Origin: a virus
Length of the DNA: 30,076 nt
Direction: 5' to 3' (one strand)
Virus genome (UHGV): UHGV-1385480
The stretch's first letter is position 1; every line of letters starts with the position of its first letter. A program made the position numbers and the translations under genes. Under the pieces are notes generated by a model. That model ran no database searches and was not told where the DNA came from. It saw only the letters and a list, made by a program, of their open reading frames with translations. Shown one piece after another: positions 15,700-25,188 of the stretch.

Positions 15700-18600
15700 T
15701 TATTTAGTTGCTTTCAGTTCGGCAATTTCTTTCTGTAATGCTTCGATCTGTGCTTTATATTTGGCGTCCATTTCCTGCATAGCCTTGATGATTAAAGCAT
15801 TGACAGCAGAGTTAGAAATAGTCTTGATTGCTTCTGGATTTTCTGGATCTTCGGTGGATTGAATACCTACTGCTTCCGGCAATACTTTTTCCAGATCCTG
15901 AGCAATAATACCTACTTCGCGTTTAATCACCGTGTCATCGGAAAGAGATTTAACTTTATCGTAGGTGTAGACTTTCAGTGAGTTTACTTTCTCTAATGCA
16001 CCGTCCTGTAATTCTTCCTTGTTAATCTTCAAACGGGAGTCAGAGCGAATGTAAACATCGTTAAAGCTACCGTTACGACCTGCGGTAAAGTCACCAGCAG
16101 CGTTAAAGTCAAAGTTAGTATCGTTAACATGCAGACGAACAAGAGCGTTACCGATAGTACCGCTAGGAACGTGTACACCCATTGCTGCAATGTGATATTT
16201 ACCCCAATGAGTAGCTTTCCAGATGTTATGAGCGGAATCGGTTGATTGAGGGCAATCAACTTGCAAGCCGGATGCACGATCGCGCCAACTAGACCAGCTA
16301 CCACCAGAAACGTTACCACGAATCAAACCTTTATCAGATCCGCCGACGCTACCAGATTCAAGATGAATCATCTTATCCGCAAGTTTCCACGTCTGGGCTT
16401 GTTTCTGACCACGGAAGCGAATAACACCAGCATCATCAGAATACATCAAACCTAGTTCTAATCCAGTTGGATCTCTAAACCAGATATGCTTATTACCAGT
16501 GCGACGAAATTCAATATCAGCACCGTTAAGCGTGATATTACCGCCAGTGTGAATTGCTTGAGGCTTAACAGTACCGTTGATGGCAAACTCAATTGCCGTA
16601 GTACCCGGACCGCCCGGACGTTGGGTATACCAATGCCAACCACTTTCATCACCACATTCTAATACTTGTTTACGACTATCGTTACCCCAAGCACGAATAT
16701 TAAAGCTGGATGTAGCTGTATTTTTACCCCAAGTAAACTTACCACCAACTTCAAGATCGCCTAAGAAGTTTGCTTTAAGAGCACCAGTACCCATCGCACG
16801 CTCTGTGCTAAAATGTCTACCTTGACTATCTTCTAGGTACAAAACGTTATCACGGGCATTATTACTATCACCCCAATGATTAAATCGAATATAATCACGA
16901 GATCCGCTTCTCCCAGCAGAGAAGGTTAAAAACCCTTTCTCGATATATGTATCGCCAGCAAATCGAGCAGCACGGCTATCTCTTTCGAGAACTAATGCGC
17001 CTTCGTTACCATCACCACCTAAAGTAACTTTACCGTTAGTCAAATCGTAAATGAATGGTCGGTTTCCGTTCCAACCACCAAATCTATCATTTTCGGCAGT
17101 AGACAACAGATAAACTTTACCACCATCATTTCGCCAGAATGCACCATACTTACCGTAAATCATACGGAATGCATCAGCGTTAGCGGAATAATATTGACCA
17201 TTGGTATATACAATTTTTGTTTTTCCTGTAGTCAAATTTACTTGTCCACTACCTTCCAAATCAAATGAGTTAGCACCAACATCATTACGCCACACAAAAC
17301 CATCACTAGTACCATCCGCATGACCGATATAACCACTACGTTGGTTTTTACCATCACGACGATCCCACCACGCCATATATGCAGCTTGACCAGTCTGGCG
17401 ATGTAAAGTCATCGCATTACCACTACCGTGCAATTCCATTTTACCAGTAATTACATATCCTTTATAATTACCCGGTATTGCACTATTAGAATCAATTCTA
17501 ATAACTTCTGTAGAATCTGTAGCACCGGTAGCAAGACGATATACAGCACCCTGAACGGTTTCATGCCAAACCATTTCGTTATAGTTGCTACGGAATTTAC
17601 GAATATATTTCCGTCCAGTACCTTTATCGTTACTCAAGTGAACAATGTCATAGCTGTTTTGTGTGTTATCATCAAAACTTAACACACCACGTTTATTTTC
17701 AGTATTAAAAAGAGTTACGTTGCGACCACCGATAACACCAACGGAAGGTTTAATTAACGTGGCTTCCGGCGTATCATAAACCGTCAAACTTACATAAACA
17801 GATTTCCCATATTCGACAATAACGTTATCGGTATAACGCTGATATTTCACGTAGATATCATAGTTATCACCGGAAGTATTGACAGCAAATACCTCAAAAT
17901 CTTTGTTTGTATTTCTACGGTATGCAATTACGTTAAGACCTTTAGGTCTATCGTTACCACTACGCAGAAGAATTTCTACTACGTCAACCTGATCATATGC
18001 CGTAACGTTGTAACCATTACCACCATGAATACGGAAAAACACACTACGCCCGTTTTGTGGAATTGTTGCGGTTGCCAATTTGAAATATGCAGATACGTTT
18101 TCGCTAGAATTGGGAACAGACATAACGACGTTTTTAACAAACATCTTATCAACTTCGGCTTTGGTGTATGCGCCAATCTCGCCAGGAGTCGGCTTATCAC
18201 CTTCGTGATACATCTTATAGCTAAAGTTCTTCTGTCCTTCTCTATCAAAACCATAGGTTTCAACACGAGATCCACCAGACGCATAACGGAAAGTAAATCC
18301 GCGACCGTGCGCTTTACCGGCAGAATGAGGAACATTAAGAGTTAGATCCATGAGTCCATCTTGACCATTGGTACGGAAAGCACCAAAGTAGTTAAGATCT
18401 CTCGCTGTCTGGTCTTCCAAATAGTTAGCTGTCTTGCTTAACAGATACCCACCATGCTTAGTATTGGTATTCTTCTTGATGTAAGCAGCATCGGCACTAC
18501 CTTCAATAGAATCAATTCGCTGGTTAGCTGCGGCAATTGCGGCATCGGCACTGGCCTTGTTATTTGCAACAGTTCTTTCAATGGCTGTCTTATTCGCAGA

Positions 18601-19230
18601 GACCGTACTAGTAAGATTGGTGATCTTCGTGTCCGCATCTTTCTTATTATCCGCTACCGTCTTTTCTATTGCTGATTTATTTGCTGCGACAGTATTCGTT
18701 AAGTTGGTAACGTTGGTATTCGTCTGATCAACTCGCGCATTAATATCTGTCTTGTTCTTGTTAATTGTCGCGTTGATAGTATCGCGGGTTGAAGTAATAG
18801 TCTGATTCAGTTCAGTCTTAGCAGCCGCCAGAGCGTTAGCCGCTTCGGTTTTATTGTTACCTACTGTGGTAGTCAAAGCATCAATTCGCTTGTTGGCTGC
18901 GGTATCGCCAGCAGTGATTGAAGCATTGAGAGTATCACGGGTAGAAGTGATAGTCTGATTAAGTTCAGCTTTAGCCGTAGCCAGATTATTAGCGGCTTCG
19001 GTTTTATTTGCTGAAATGACTTTATCTGTGTTGACCTTGTTGGTGTCTACTTTCGTATTCAGTTCAGCGTGTTTTTCTGGAGAAACACTAATTTGGACTA
19101 CGTTATTATTTTTATCTTTGGTGTAAATCACATGGTCCGCCAGTTGTAAGGCGATCTCGCCCTGTGATAATTGTTCCGGCGTTGGTTTTTTACCAGCCGT
19201 TTGTGTGCGTTTAAATTGGATCGACTGCAT
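15700..19230 (-). CDS. tail fibre protein with C-terminal intramolecular chaperone (peptidase S74-like) domain
   Basis: 1176 aa; N-terminal repeated Asn/Thr/Ala-rich segments; C-terminal ~114 aa starting SDSRLKINKEEL... ending in a coiled coil, matching the self-cleaving chaperone domain of endosialidase / L-shaped fibre proteins. Confidence 0.8.
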   Translation of the reverse strand: MQSIQFKRTQTAGKKPTPEQLSQGEIALQLADHVIYTKDKNNNVVQISVSPEKHAELNTKVDTNKVNTDKVISANKTEAANNLATAKAELNQTITSTRDTLNASITAGDTAANKRIDALTTTVGNNKTEAANALAAAKTELNQTITSTRDTINATINKNKTDINARVDQTNTNVTNLTNTVAANKSAIEKTVADNKKDADTKITNLTSTVSANKTAIERTVANNKASADAAIAAANQRIDSIEGSADAAYIKKNTNTKHGGYLLSKTANYLEDQTARDLNYFGAFRTNGQDGLMDLTLNVPHSAGKAHGRGFTFRYASGGSRVETYGFDREGQKNFSYKMYHEGDKPTPGEIGAYTKAEVDKMFVKNVVMSVPNSSENVSAYFKLATATIPQNGRSVFFRIHGGNGYNVTAYDQVDVVEILLRSGNDRPKGLNVIAYRRNTNKDFEVFAVNTSGDNYDIYVKYQRYTDNVIVEYGKSVYVSLTVYDTPEATLIKPSVGVIGGRNVTLFNTENKRGVLSFDDNTQNSYDIVHLSNDKGTGRKYIRKFRSNYNEMVWHETVQGAVYRLATGATDSTEVIRIDSNSAIPGNYKGYVITGKMELHGSGNAMTLHRQTGQAAYMAWWDRRDGKNQRSGYIGHADGTSDGFVWRNDVGANSFDLEGSGQVNLTTGKTKIVYTNGQYYSANADAFRMIYGKYGAFWRNDGGKVYLLSTAENDRFGGWNGNRPFIYDLTNGKVTLGGDGNEGALVLERDSRAARFAGDTYIEKGFLTFSAGRSGSRDYIRFNHWGDSNNARDNVLYLEDSQGRHFSTERAMGTGALKANFLGDLEVGGKFTWGKNTATSSFNIRAWGNDSRKQVLECGDESGWHWYTQRPGGPGTTAIEFAINGTVKPQAIHTGGNITLNGADIEFRRTGNKHIWFRDPTGLELGLMYSDDAGVIRFRGQKQAQTWKLADKMIHLESGSVGGSDKGLIRGNVSGGSWSSWRDRASGLQVDCPQSTDSAHNIWKATHWGKYHIAAMGVHVPSGTIGNALVRLHVNDTNFDFNAAGDFTAGRNGSFNDVYIRSDSRLKINKEELQDGALEKVNSLKVYTYDKVKSLSDDTVIKREVGIIAQDLEKVLPEAVGIQSTEDPENPEAIKTISNSAVNALIIKAMQEMDAKYKAQIEALQKEIAELKATK
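18540..19010 (-). repeat. imperfect tandem repeats in the tail fibre N-terminal shaft
   Basis: Protein repeats NKTEAAN(N/A)LA(T/A)AK(A/T)ELNQTITSTRDT and TNLT(N/S)TV(A/S)ANK(S/T)AIE(K/R)TVA; the underlying DNA blocks are visibly similar. Confidence 0.5.
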
Positions 19231-19309
19231 CGAATCACCTCACTATAAAACAGGAATAAGGGAGGCGTTAACCTCCCAGCGTTCATGTTTTATTTAGGTA
19301 GGAGAATCC

Positions 19310-20143
19310 TTAGTATTCGCCGAAATCGATCCGGTCAGTCTTAGCCACTGCGCCAATTTCGCTAGGTGTCGGTTTCTCATTGGTGGAATATACCTTGATC
19401 CATTCAGAGCGACCGTTTTCCTGAATATTTCGGACGCGTAAACGTGGTGCGCCAGAAGTATTACAGGTTAATTGCCATGCGCCATGCTCATTAGCTTGAA
19501 GGTGAATTAATGATGTGTCGGCTGAATATGGATTACCGCTAGCAGTTCCCTTGTAAGTTACGAAACGGTTTCCGGCTAAAGCATCACTATCAATCGGACC
19601 TGTGAATGGATGTACACCTGCACCTACGCCATAATCCCCGCGACGGAGAAGACGACCCTCCGTTGCAATACCGCGATCCAAAATCCCGCCATCTGGTTCA
19701 AGTTTAAATTCCAGTGTTACAGCTTTGTTATCACTACCACGGGTTTTGTGTGATGTGACGTAAGCATCATAGATGACATAGTAACCAGTGTTAGCAGCAC
19801 TATAGCCAGAGTTCACAACATAGAACATACGGAAGCGTAAAGGTGTTTTATCCTCTACCGCTTTCATCAACATTGCTTGATGTTCGTCATCCAGAACACG
19901 GTTTAACGTGAGTGTTGTCGGTTCCAGTCTACGATAACCAGCAAGTTTCCCCGTAGCGTCCTGATCGTACTCTTCCAGAGTTTCTATCTCTGTGGATTCG
20001 GTTAGCGTAGGAAATGCTGCAACGTTCTCGATGGAACTAAAGCTAGGATCGAAAAAGTCGACCTGATTGTCTATCTGGTTAGAGATCGACACTTCAACAT
20101 GTGACCCCGTGAAAATATCTAAGTTATCTTGTGTAATATTCAT
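19310..20143 (-). CDS. structural protein (277 aa), likely tail fibre-associated
   Basis: C-terminus contains EKPTPSEIGAVAKT, a motif shared with two sites in the adjacent tail fibre; AAGGGGT SD. Confidence 0.4.
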   Translation of the reverse strand: MNITQDNLDIFTGSHVEVSISNQIDNQVDFFDPSFSSIENVAAFPTLTESTEIETLEEYDQDATGKLAGYRRLEPTTLTLNRVLDDEHQAMLMKAVEDKTPLRFRMFYVVNSGYSAANTGYYVIYDAYVTSHKTRGSDNKAVTLEFKLEPDGGILDRGIATEGRLLRRGDYGVGAGVHPFTGPIDSDALAGNRFVTYKGTASGNPYSADTSLIHLQANEHGAWQLTCNTSGAPRLRVRNIQENGRSEWIKVYSTNEKPTPSEIGAVAKTDRIDFGEY

Positions 20144-20152
20144 TATTACCCC

Positions 20153-20575
20153 TTAAAAACGCGCTAGATAAGAAAATTTAAGGCTAAGTGTCCCAACGAT
20201 ACCCCCATCACTAGAATCATCGTCATAATCGGTATTAGAAGCTACTGGAGTGATATCTGAAATAGAGAAGCCCAAATCTTTAAAACGTGGATTATCCGGC
20301 TGAATCTGGATTATCTGGCAAATACCCTCATGAATTTTGGTTTCATGATTCTGAGAATACAACTGCATTTCGATAACGCATTCAGCTTGCATTGCATTAC
20401 CACCACGGACCCTATTGTAAGTCTCATTCATTCCGGTAATCCAACAAACCACGTCATCACTAAAGCCTTGCTGAGTTTGTTCTACGTTTAAAGCCAGACC
20501 TAAATCTTGTTCGATAATATCCTGCAAGGCGCGTTTGATTTTCAGTCTAGGCATATTATTAACGGTAGCGAGCAT
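20153..20575 (-). CDS. head-tail connector / head completion protein, putative (140 aa)
   Basis: Start chosen at ATG 20575 (AGGGGGT SD) rather than the track start 20656; position between the capsid and tail genes. Confidence 0.35.
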   Translation of the reverse strand: MLATVNNMPRLKIKRALQDIIEQDLGLALNVEQTQQGFSDDVVCWITGMNETYNRVRGGNAMQAECVIEMQLYSQNHETKIHEGICQIIQIQPDNPRFKDLGFSISDITPVASNTDYDDDSSDGGIVGTLSLKFSYLARF

Positions 20576-20849
20576 GTGTACCCCCTGCACGAGCAATAAA
20601 GCAATCAGAAGTATTATCACCATTGCGCTTAACGTATTGAACTTTGAAGCGTTCACCGTCTACAATGACAACATCACCCTGATTTAAGTCTCCCTCACGA
20701 CAAAATAGAAATTCTGATTCTGTAATTACCCCTTGTTCGTCGGTAGTGGTAATTTCATGATAAGCACGAATTGATTTACCACCTTCCACCGAAAATACAG
20801 GAGCACTTTTAAACATTCGATTTAATTGTGATTCTGATAATTTGAACAT
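20559..20849 (-). CDS. head-tail connector protein, putative (96 aa)
   Basis: ATG 20849 with AAGGGGGT SD just after the capsid terminator; position only. Confidence 0.35.
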   Translation of the reverse strand: MFKLSESQLNRMFKSAPVFSVEGGKSIRAYHEITTTDEQGVITESEFLFCREGDLNQGDVVIVDGERFKVQYVKRNGDNTSDCFIARAGGTHARYR

Positions 20850-20878
20850 AGTTACCCCCTTTATGGAGTATTTACATA

Positions 20879-20906
20879 CAAAAAAGCCCCACCGTTAGGC
20901 AGGGCT
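20879..20906 (-). terminator. intrinsic terminator (copy B) after the capsid gene
   Basis: Minus-strand RNA AGCCCUGCC-UAAC-GGUGGGGCU followed by UUUUUU. Confidence 0.7.
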
Positions 20907-20911
20907 AATTA

Positions 20912-21040
20912 TTATTCTTTAGTTTTACGCTGTTTTTTAGCTGTGGCTTTCGCCTTAACCGTCTGGGATTCTTCTTCCGGTTCAGGAATCAGATTTTCTT
21001 CCCCCAAATCGGGGGAAGGTTCAGATGGTTCTACAGGAGT
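20912..21040 (-). other. in-frame 42-codon extension downstream of the capsid TGA (candidate readthrough product)
   Basis: Directly after TGA-A: TPVEPSEPSPDLGEENLIPEPEEESQTVKAKATAKKQRKTKE then TAA; no independent start. Confidence 0.4.
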
Positions 21041-23053
21041 TCATTCAGCGGAGATGTGAAGAACTTTCAGAGCTTCCGGCTGTGCTACAACGTAGTCCAA
21101 ATCTACAAAGATACGAGGCACTACCGCACCACGATCACGGTATGTAGTTAGATCCATATCCAGTTCCAGACCGCCCCACTCACCGATAGTAATACCGGAG
21201 AAGTCACCCAGAACGATGTGGTCTGCCGGAATAACGCCAGAAGTAACTACTTCGTAACCAGCCAGTTTGCCGTTTTCGATGATATAACCGGAAACGCCGT
21301 TATCTTTCAGGGTAGATTCCAGTTCAGCAGCAGTTGCACCGCTCATCGCAAACTTGATCGCCTGAGCAGGAACGCCAGCGTCAGTCAGTGCTGCAATTTC
21401 TTTCAGGAAGTCTTTATAAGAGAAAGCAGCTTTCTTGGTAACGCGGCTAGCGTCTACCAGTTGCTTAACCAGACCAGCCGGACCACGAGCATTTTCTTTA
21501 TCAGACAGAATCAGTTGTTCCAGTTTGATCCGAACAGATTTGTTAATGTGATCGGTGATCAGGGTAGCGATGCCCGGAACGGTTTTCAGCGACTGACGGC
21601 TGATCGGGTTGCCACCAGCAAAAGTTTTCGGAGACAGTTTCACGTTCGAAAATTCCGCATGTGACTCGGGGGCAGCGCCATTTTCGTCAACGAATCCGAA
21701 AGCGTCAACGCTGGATTTAGTCATTTTTGGAATAGCGGTCGGAGAAGTCAAGCCACTATAAACAGTCACCCCGAGGCGGCCTAAAACACTCTGAGGCAAC
21801 AGCATTTCGATGTAGGATTCAGTCATCAGTTTTTCGTCAGTGATAGCAACCAGATTAGCTTTGGTGTTGCCATCAGCAGCAGCACGCATAGCAGCAGCCG
21901 GAACGAATACAGAGCCACCACGAGCAGCACGACCACGCTGCATAGTTGCAGTAGCAGCCATTGCGGAATATTCAGCTTCGTTAGCGCCGAGCACGTCGCC
22001 ATCTACCAGGGAGCGGATTACGTTATTAAGATCGAAAGTTTTTTCCATGATTTGTTCCTTATTAATTTGTTCGTTATTACGTTGAGCATTGGTAATGTTA
22101 TTTAGTGCCTTAGTGCGGAATGCTTCCGGCGTAATTTCTTTATTTGCCAATGCGCGTTTAAATTCTTCATCGTCTTCGTTAATATTTAACTCGCGTGCAA
22201 TTTCGCGAATTTCTAATTCGTCTTCTTCGGAACGTTCAGCCACTTCCTCGGTTTTTTCTTCTTCAACCGGAGCAGCTTCACGTTCTTCTTTTACTTCTTC
22301 TGTTTCCCGAACAGTTGAACTATCATCATCAACACTTTCAGGATGTTCAGCGTCTTTTCCGTCTTCGAGATTTTCATCTTCTTTATTCTCTTCAACTTGG
22401 CGCTCTTGAGTTTCTTCAACTTCCGGTTCTTTATTTTCTTCTACCGGAGTTTCTTCAACCTGAGCGGATTCTTGTTCTTCTTTGATTTCTTCAATTTGTT
22501 CTTTAGTCATATCGCGTTTAGCCTCCAAATTAACTGTGATAGTATTTAGAGAGCGATTTAAACCGACCGAATCGTCCGCCGGGACCGTAACAAAACTTAA
22601 TTCGAAAGGAACAAACTTAGTAACAATCAATTGTCCTTTGGCATAATCGATGTGATATTCTTTAATGTCATAACCGACAGAAATTTTTTCCATCGTACCT
22701 TCAATGACTTTATTACGAATATCATTAGCCAAAGTGCCATGCTTAGAGAATCTAACGGTCGCACGGCCTACTTTATCCGCATCGATTCGAGCGTTACAAA
22801 CGACACCTAAATGATTATCGAAATTATGATTAAACAGCAACGGAGCGTTATTATTCAGACGAGACAGATCAACCGCTTCCGGTGTATGTACCAGAATTTC
22901 ATCTAATACCACCATTTCTTGATTTTGCTCATCCCAGAATTGGCGCTGATAAGGCTGTTCACTGGAGAAAGCAATTTCAAATTCGTATTGATCGTTATGC
23001 CCTTCGTTAATAACTCCACCGTAACCGTTAAGTTCGCGGCGAAATTTAAGCAT
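21041..23053 (-). CDS. prohead protease - acidic scaffold-like linker - HK97-fold major capsid protein, single fused ORF
   Basis: N-terminal ~170 aa with LFNHN...LG and ELSFVTVPADDSVGL motifs typical of HK97-type prohead proteases; ~160 aa Glu-rich low-complexity middle; C-terminal 335 aa with capsid-like composition; ends in TGA. Confidence 0.75.
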   Translation of the reverse strand: MLKFRRELNGYGGVINEGHNDQYEFEIAFSSEQPYQRQFWDEQNQEMVVLDEILVHTPEAVDLSRLNNNAPLLFNHNFDNHLGVVCNARIDADKVGRATVRFSKHGTLANDIRNKVIEGTMEKISVGYDIKEYHIDYAKGQLIVTKFVPFELSFVTVPADDSVGLNRSLNTITVNLEAKRDMTKEQIEEIKEEQESAQVEETPVEENKEPEVEETQERQVEENKEDENLEDGKDAEHPESVDDDSSTVRETEEVKEEREAAPVEEEKTEEVAERSEEDELEIREIARELNINEDDEEFKRALANKEITPEAFRTKALNNITNAQRNNEQINKEQIMEKTFDLNNVIRSLVDGDVLGANEAEYSAMAATATMQRGRAARGGSVFVPAAAMRAAADGNTKANLVAITDEKLMTESYIEMLLPQSVLGRLGVTVYSGLTSPTAIPKMTKSSVDAFGFVDENGAAPESHAEFSNVKLSPKTFAGGNPISRQSLKTVPGIATLITDHINKSVRIKLEQLILSDKENARGPAGLVKQLVDASRVTKKAAFSYKDFLKEIAALTDAGVPAQAIKFAMSGATAAELESTLKDNGVSGYIIENGKLAGYEVVTSGVIPADHIVLGDFSGITIGEWGGLELDMDLTTYRDRGAVVPRIFVDLDYVVAQPEALKVLHISAE

Positions 23054-23099
23054 TTAATCACCTTTAATTAATTGGGGGCATTGCGCCCCCCGTTGGTTA

Positions 23100-24611
23100 T
23101 TAGGGATCGGCTGGGGAATTTTTTTCTTCACCCTCACCATCAACGATAATATTTAGTGCGCTCTTTTCGGCTTGAATCTCTGAGAATACTTTTTCAGGAT
23201 CGTCACCACGTTCTAATATAACGGCAGTACGTGATTTAAGTCCTTTATCAATTAAAGCAATCTCGGCGTTTACGTCTTTAATTGGATCGACGGATTCAAA
23301 ACGCGGACGAATAATAGTAGTGTTCTCGATAATATGCGGAATTGCCGTAATACGAATCGGAACAATACCACGCGCGGAATAATGGCGTAGATACGCTTCG
23401 AAAATTGGCAATACCACTGTTTCAATTAATTTGTTTTGCAGTGCTTTAACGCGCGTTCTTTGAAGTAATTCGCCGTAGCGTGCAGCGCTGTAATTTATTT
23501 GGCTAGTATCGCCAGTTAAGCCCTGATTGAACACGCCAAGACCCATTGCTATGCTAGTGAACATACCAGCGTTAAATGAATTGAAATCATCGCCGCTTTG
23601 CGTGGATTGAATACTCTTGATCGTTGCCCCTTCCGGCAATTCCTGAATAGTACCCGGCGCGAAATCGTGAATAACTTCCGGCGCTTGATATTGTTCATCA
23701 TCTTCACCAGTATCAAAATCGTCACCAGAATCTTTCGGACGCTCGATGAACGCCATGCTACTAGCTGAAATTCGTTTCTGGACCAGTACAGCTTCGCGGA
23801 ATGCGTCTTGATGTGCGATATCCTTAATCACTGGCAGGAAGTCAGTCACGCCACGCAGAGATTCAGCCGCAAGTGGTTGATAATAATGGCATACTTGCGA
23901 AGCATCTACGCGATAGTTATCACCTGTGTAAGTCTGAGTCAGTAGGTTGATTTTACGAAACCAAAATGCAACAGGGCGCATTGTGTTCACGTCATACTCC
24001 ACACCTTGATATATCGCACGTTCTTTGCTTACTTCACGGTTGAGCGTCCAGTCGCACTTATCAGCAGACAGGATAGAAACATTTAACTCATTGTTTTCTT
24101 TGGTTAAAACAATGAAGCACTCACCGCCCATTACGCGCTCACGTTCAGCCATTACCAGCAATTCACGGAAGTTAAAGCGACCGTTACGAGAGAAGCGTTT
24201 AGCATTCTGCGCCCACTTCCAGAAAGCATTCTCGATCTGCTTATTCAGTGCGCTATCAAGTTTGCCGTTTGATTTAACAACTGACGGCTTCGGATCTAGG
24301 CCAGTACCTACCACCATATCGGTTATGTATTGCGTGTAGCGACTGCCTACGGAAGTGTTTAAGGCCAGAGTACGACCCTGATCATAAAGGCGCTTACCGT
24401 TCGATTTGAGAGCCTTATTGAAGGTTCCTGTAATGGTATCTTGTTGAAGCTGTCCATCAATGCGATCACCGACCAAGCCCAAAGAACGCTTAGACAAATC
24501 TTTCTGGAATTTTTCTACTTGTTTGTCGATAAAGATTTTTTGTTGTTGCTGGCGGTGATTAGTTTTAACTGGAGTTTCTACCGCCTTATTGCGTCGAAAA
24601 AGATTAAACAT
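23100..24611 (-). CDS. portal protein, putative
   Basis: 503 aa between the W-like gene and the protease-capsid gene, the canonical portal slot in lambda-like head modules; AAGGGGT SD; no motif verified by eye. Confidence 0.65.
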   Translation of the reverse strand: MFNLFRRNKAVETPVKTNHRQQQQKIFIDKQVEKFQKDLSKRSLGLVGDRIDGQLQQDTITGTFNKALKSNGKRLYDQGRTLALNTSVGSRYTQYITDMVVGTGLDPKPSVVKSNGKLDSALNKQIENAFWKWAQNAKRFSRNGRFNFRELLVMAERERVMGGECFIVLTKENNELNVSILSADKCDWTLNREVSKERAIYQGVEYDVNTMRPVAFWFRKINLLTQTYTGDNYRVDASQVCHYYQPLAAESLRGVTDFLPVIKDIAHQDAFREAVLVQKRISASSMAFIERPKDSGDDFDTGEDDEQYQAPEVIHDFAPGTIQELPEGATIKSIQSTQSGDDFNSFNAGMFTSIAMGLGVFNQGLTGDTSQINYSAARYGELLQRTRVKALQNKLIETVVLPIFEAYLRHYSARGIVPIRITAIPHIIENTTIIRPRFESVDPIKDVNAEIALIDKGLKSRTAVILERGDDPEKVFSEIQAEKSALNIIVDGEGEEKNSPADP

Positions 24612-24621
24612 GATTTACCCC

Positions 24622-25116
24622 TTATCGCGTAAGACGTAATTTGATATTTTTAATCGGGCTAATTCCCTGTTTACGTCGTTCGGCTTGAATTACTTTAGAT
24701 AACTGACGTTCATAATCAGTCTTTAATTGCTGGAGAACACCTAATGACTCATAGGCGAAAGTATTCCCTTTCACGGTCATTTGAGATAATGCGGCTTCGT
24801 CCCCAGATAAACGGGCGAAAATAACTTGCTCGATTAAGGCGATAGTTTCCCGCAGATATTCTTTTTTGGATTGTTTGGCGAATACTGGTAAAACAGTTAA
24901 TTCCTGCATTGATACCAGTTCTTCTTCCAAAGTGGTTACGATGGTATATTTACCTTCGGCAAAATCTAAGGTTTTAATCTCGTGATTAGCCGGAGTGTCA
25001 TCAACCTGATAAATGATACCTTTACTATTTCCTACCTGAATTGTTACACCCTCTTCATTCGCCAGCGTGATTTTTTCACCTTTACGAATTACTAAGGGAA
25101 TTAGTTCTAAACTCAT
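24622..25116 (-). CDS. head-tail joining protein (gpW-like C-terminal region), putative
   Basis: 164 aa between the large terminase and portal genes; C-terminal region loosely resembles the recalled lambda gpW; AAGGGGT SD. Confidence 0.4.
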   Translation of the reverse strand: MSLELIPLVIRKGEKITLANEEGVTIQVGNSKGIIYQVDDTPANHEIKTLDFAEGKYTIVTTLEEELVSMQELTVLPVFAKQSKKEYLRETIALIEQVIFARLSGDEAALSQMTVKGNTFAYESLGVLQQLKTDYERQLSKVIQAERRKQGISPIKNIKLRLTR

Positions 25117-25188
25117 AATTACCCCTTATTTAATTGTTATTGGATTAACAATATTTAGGAGTAAGCCGCCCCGAAGGACGGCGAGTTA

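Noticed and set aside
10247-18675. Embedded ORFs in the tail module (10247-10465, 11103-11285, 12248-12717, 12874-13062, 14573-14791, 15057-15329, 15188-15658, 16029-16825, 17428-17682, 17979-18675)
   Set aside because: All lie within or antisense to the tape measure, tube, fibre and minor tail genes. 15057-15329 is the antisense strand of the tube readthrough extension, which explains its Ser/Gly-rich translation.
15044-21043. Alternative explanations for the extensions after the capsid and tube genes: independent small genes, frameshift products, or a global alternative genetic code
   Set aside because: The extensions have no start codon or SD, so they are not independent genes. They are in frame 0 with the upstream ORF, so no frameshift is needed. 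All other long ORFs are intact and end in TAA, so TGA is not globally reassigned.
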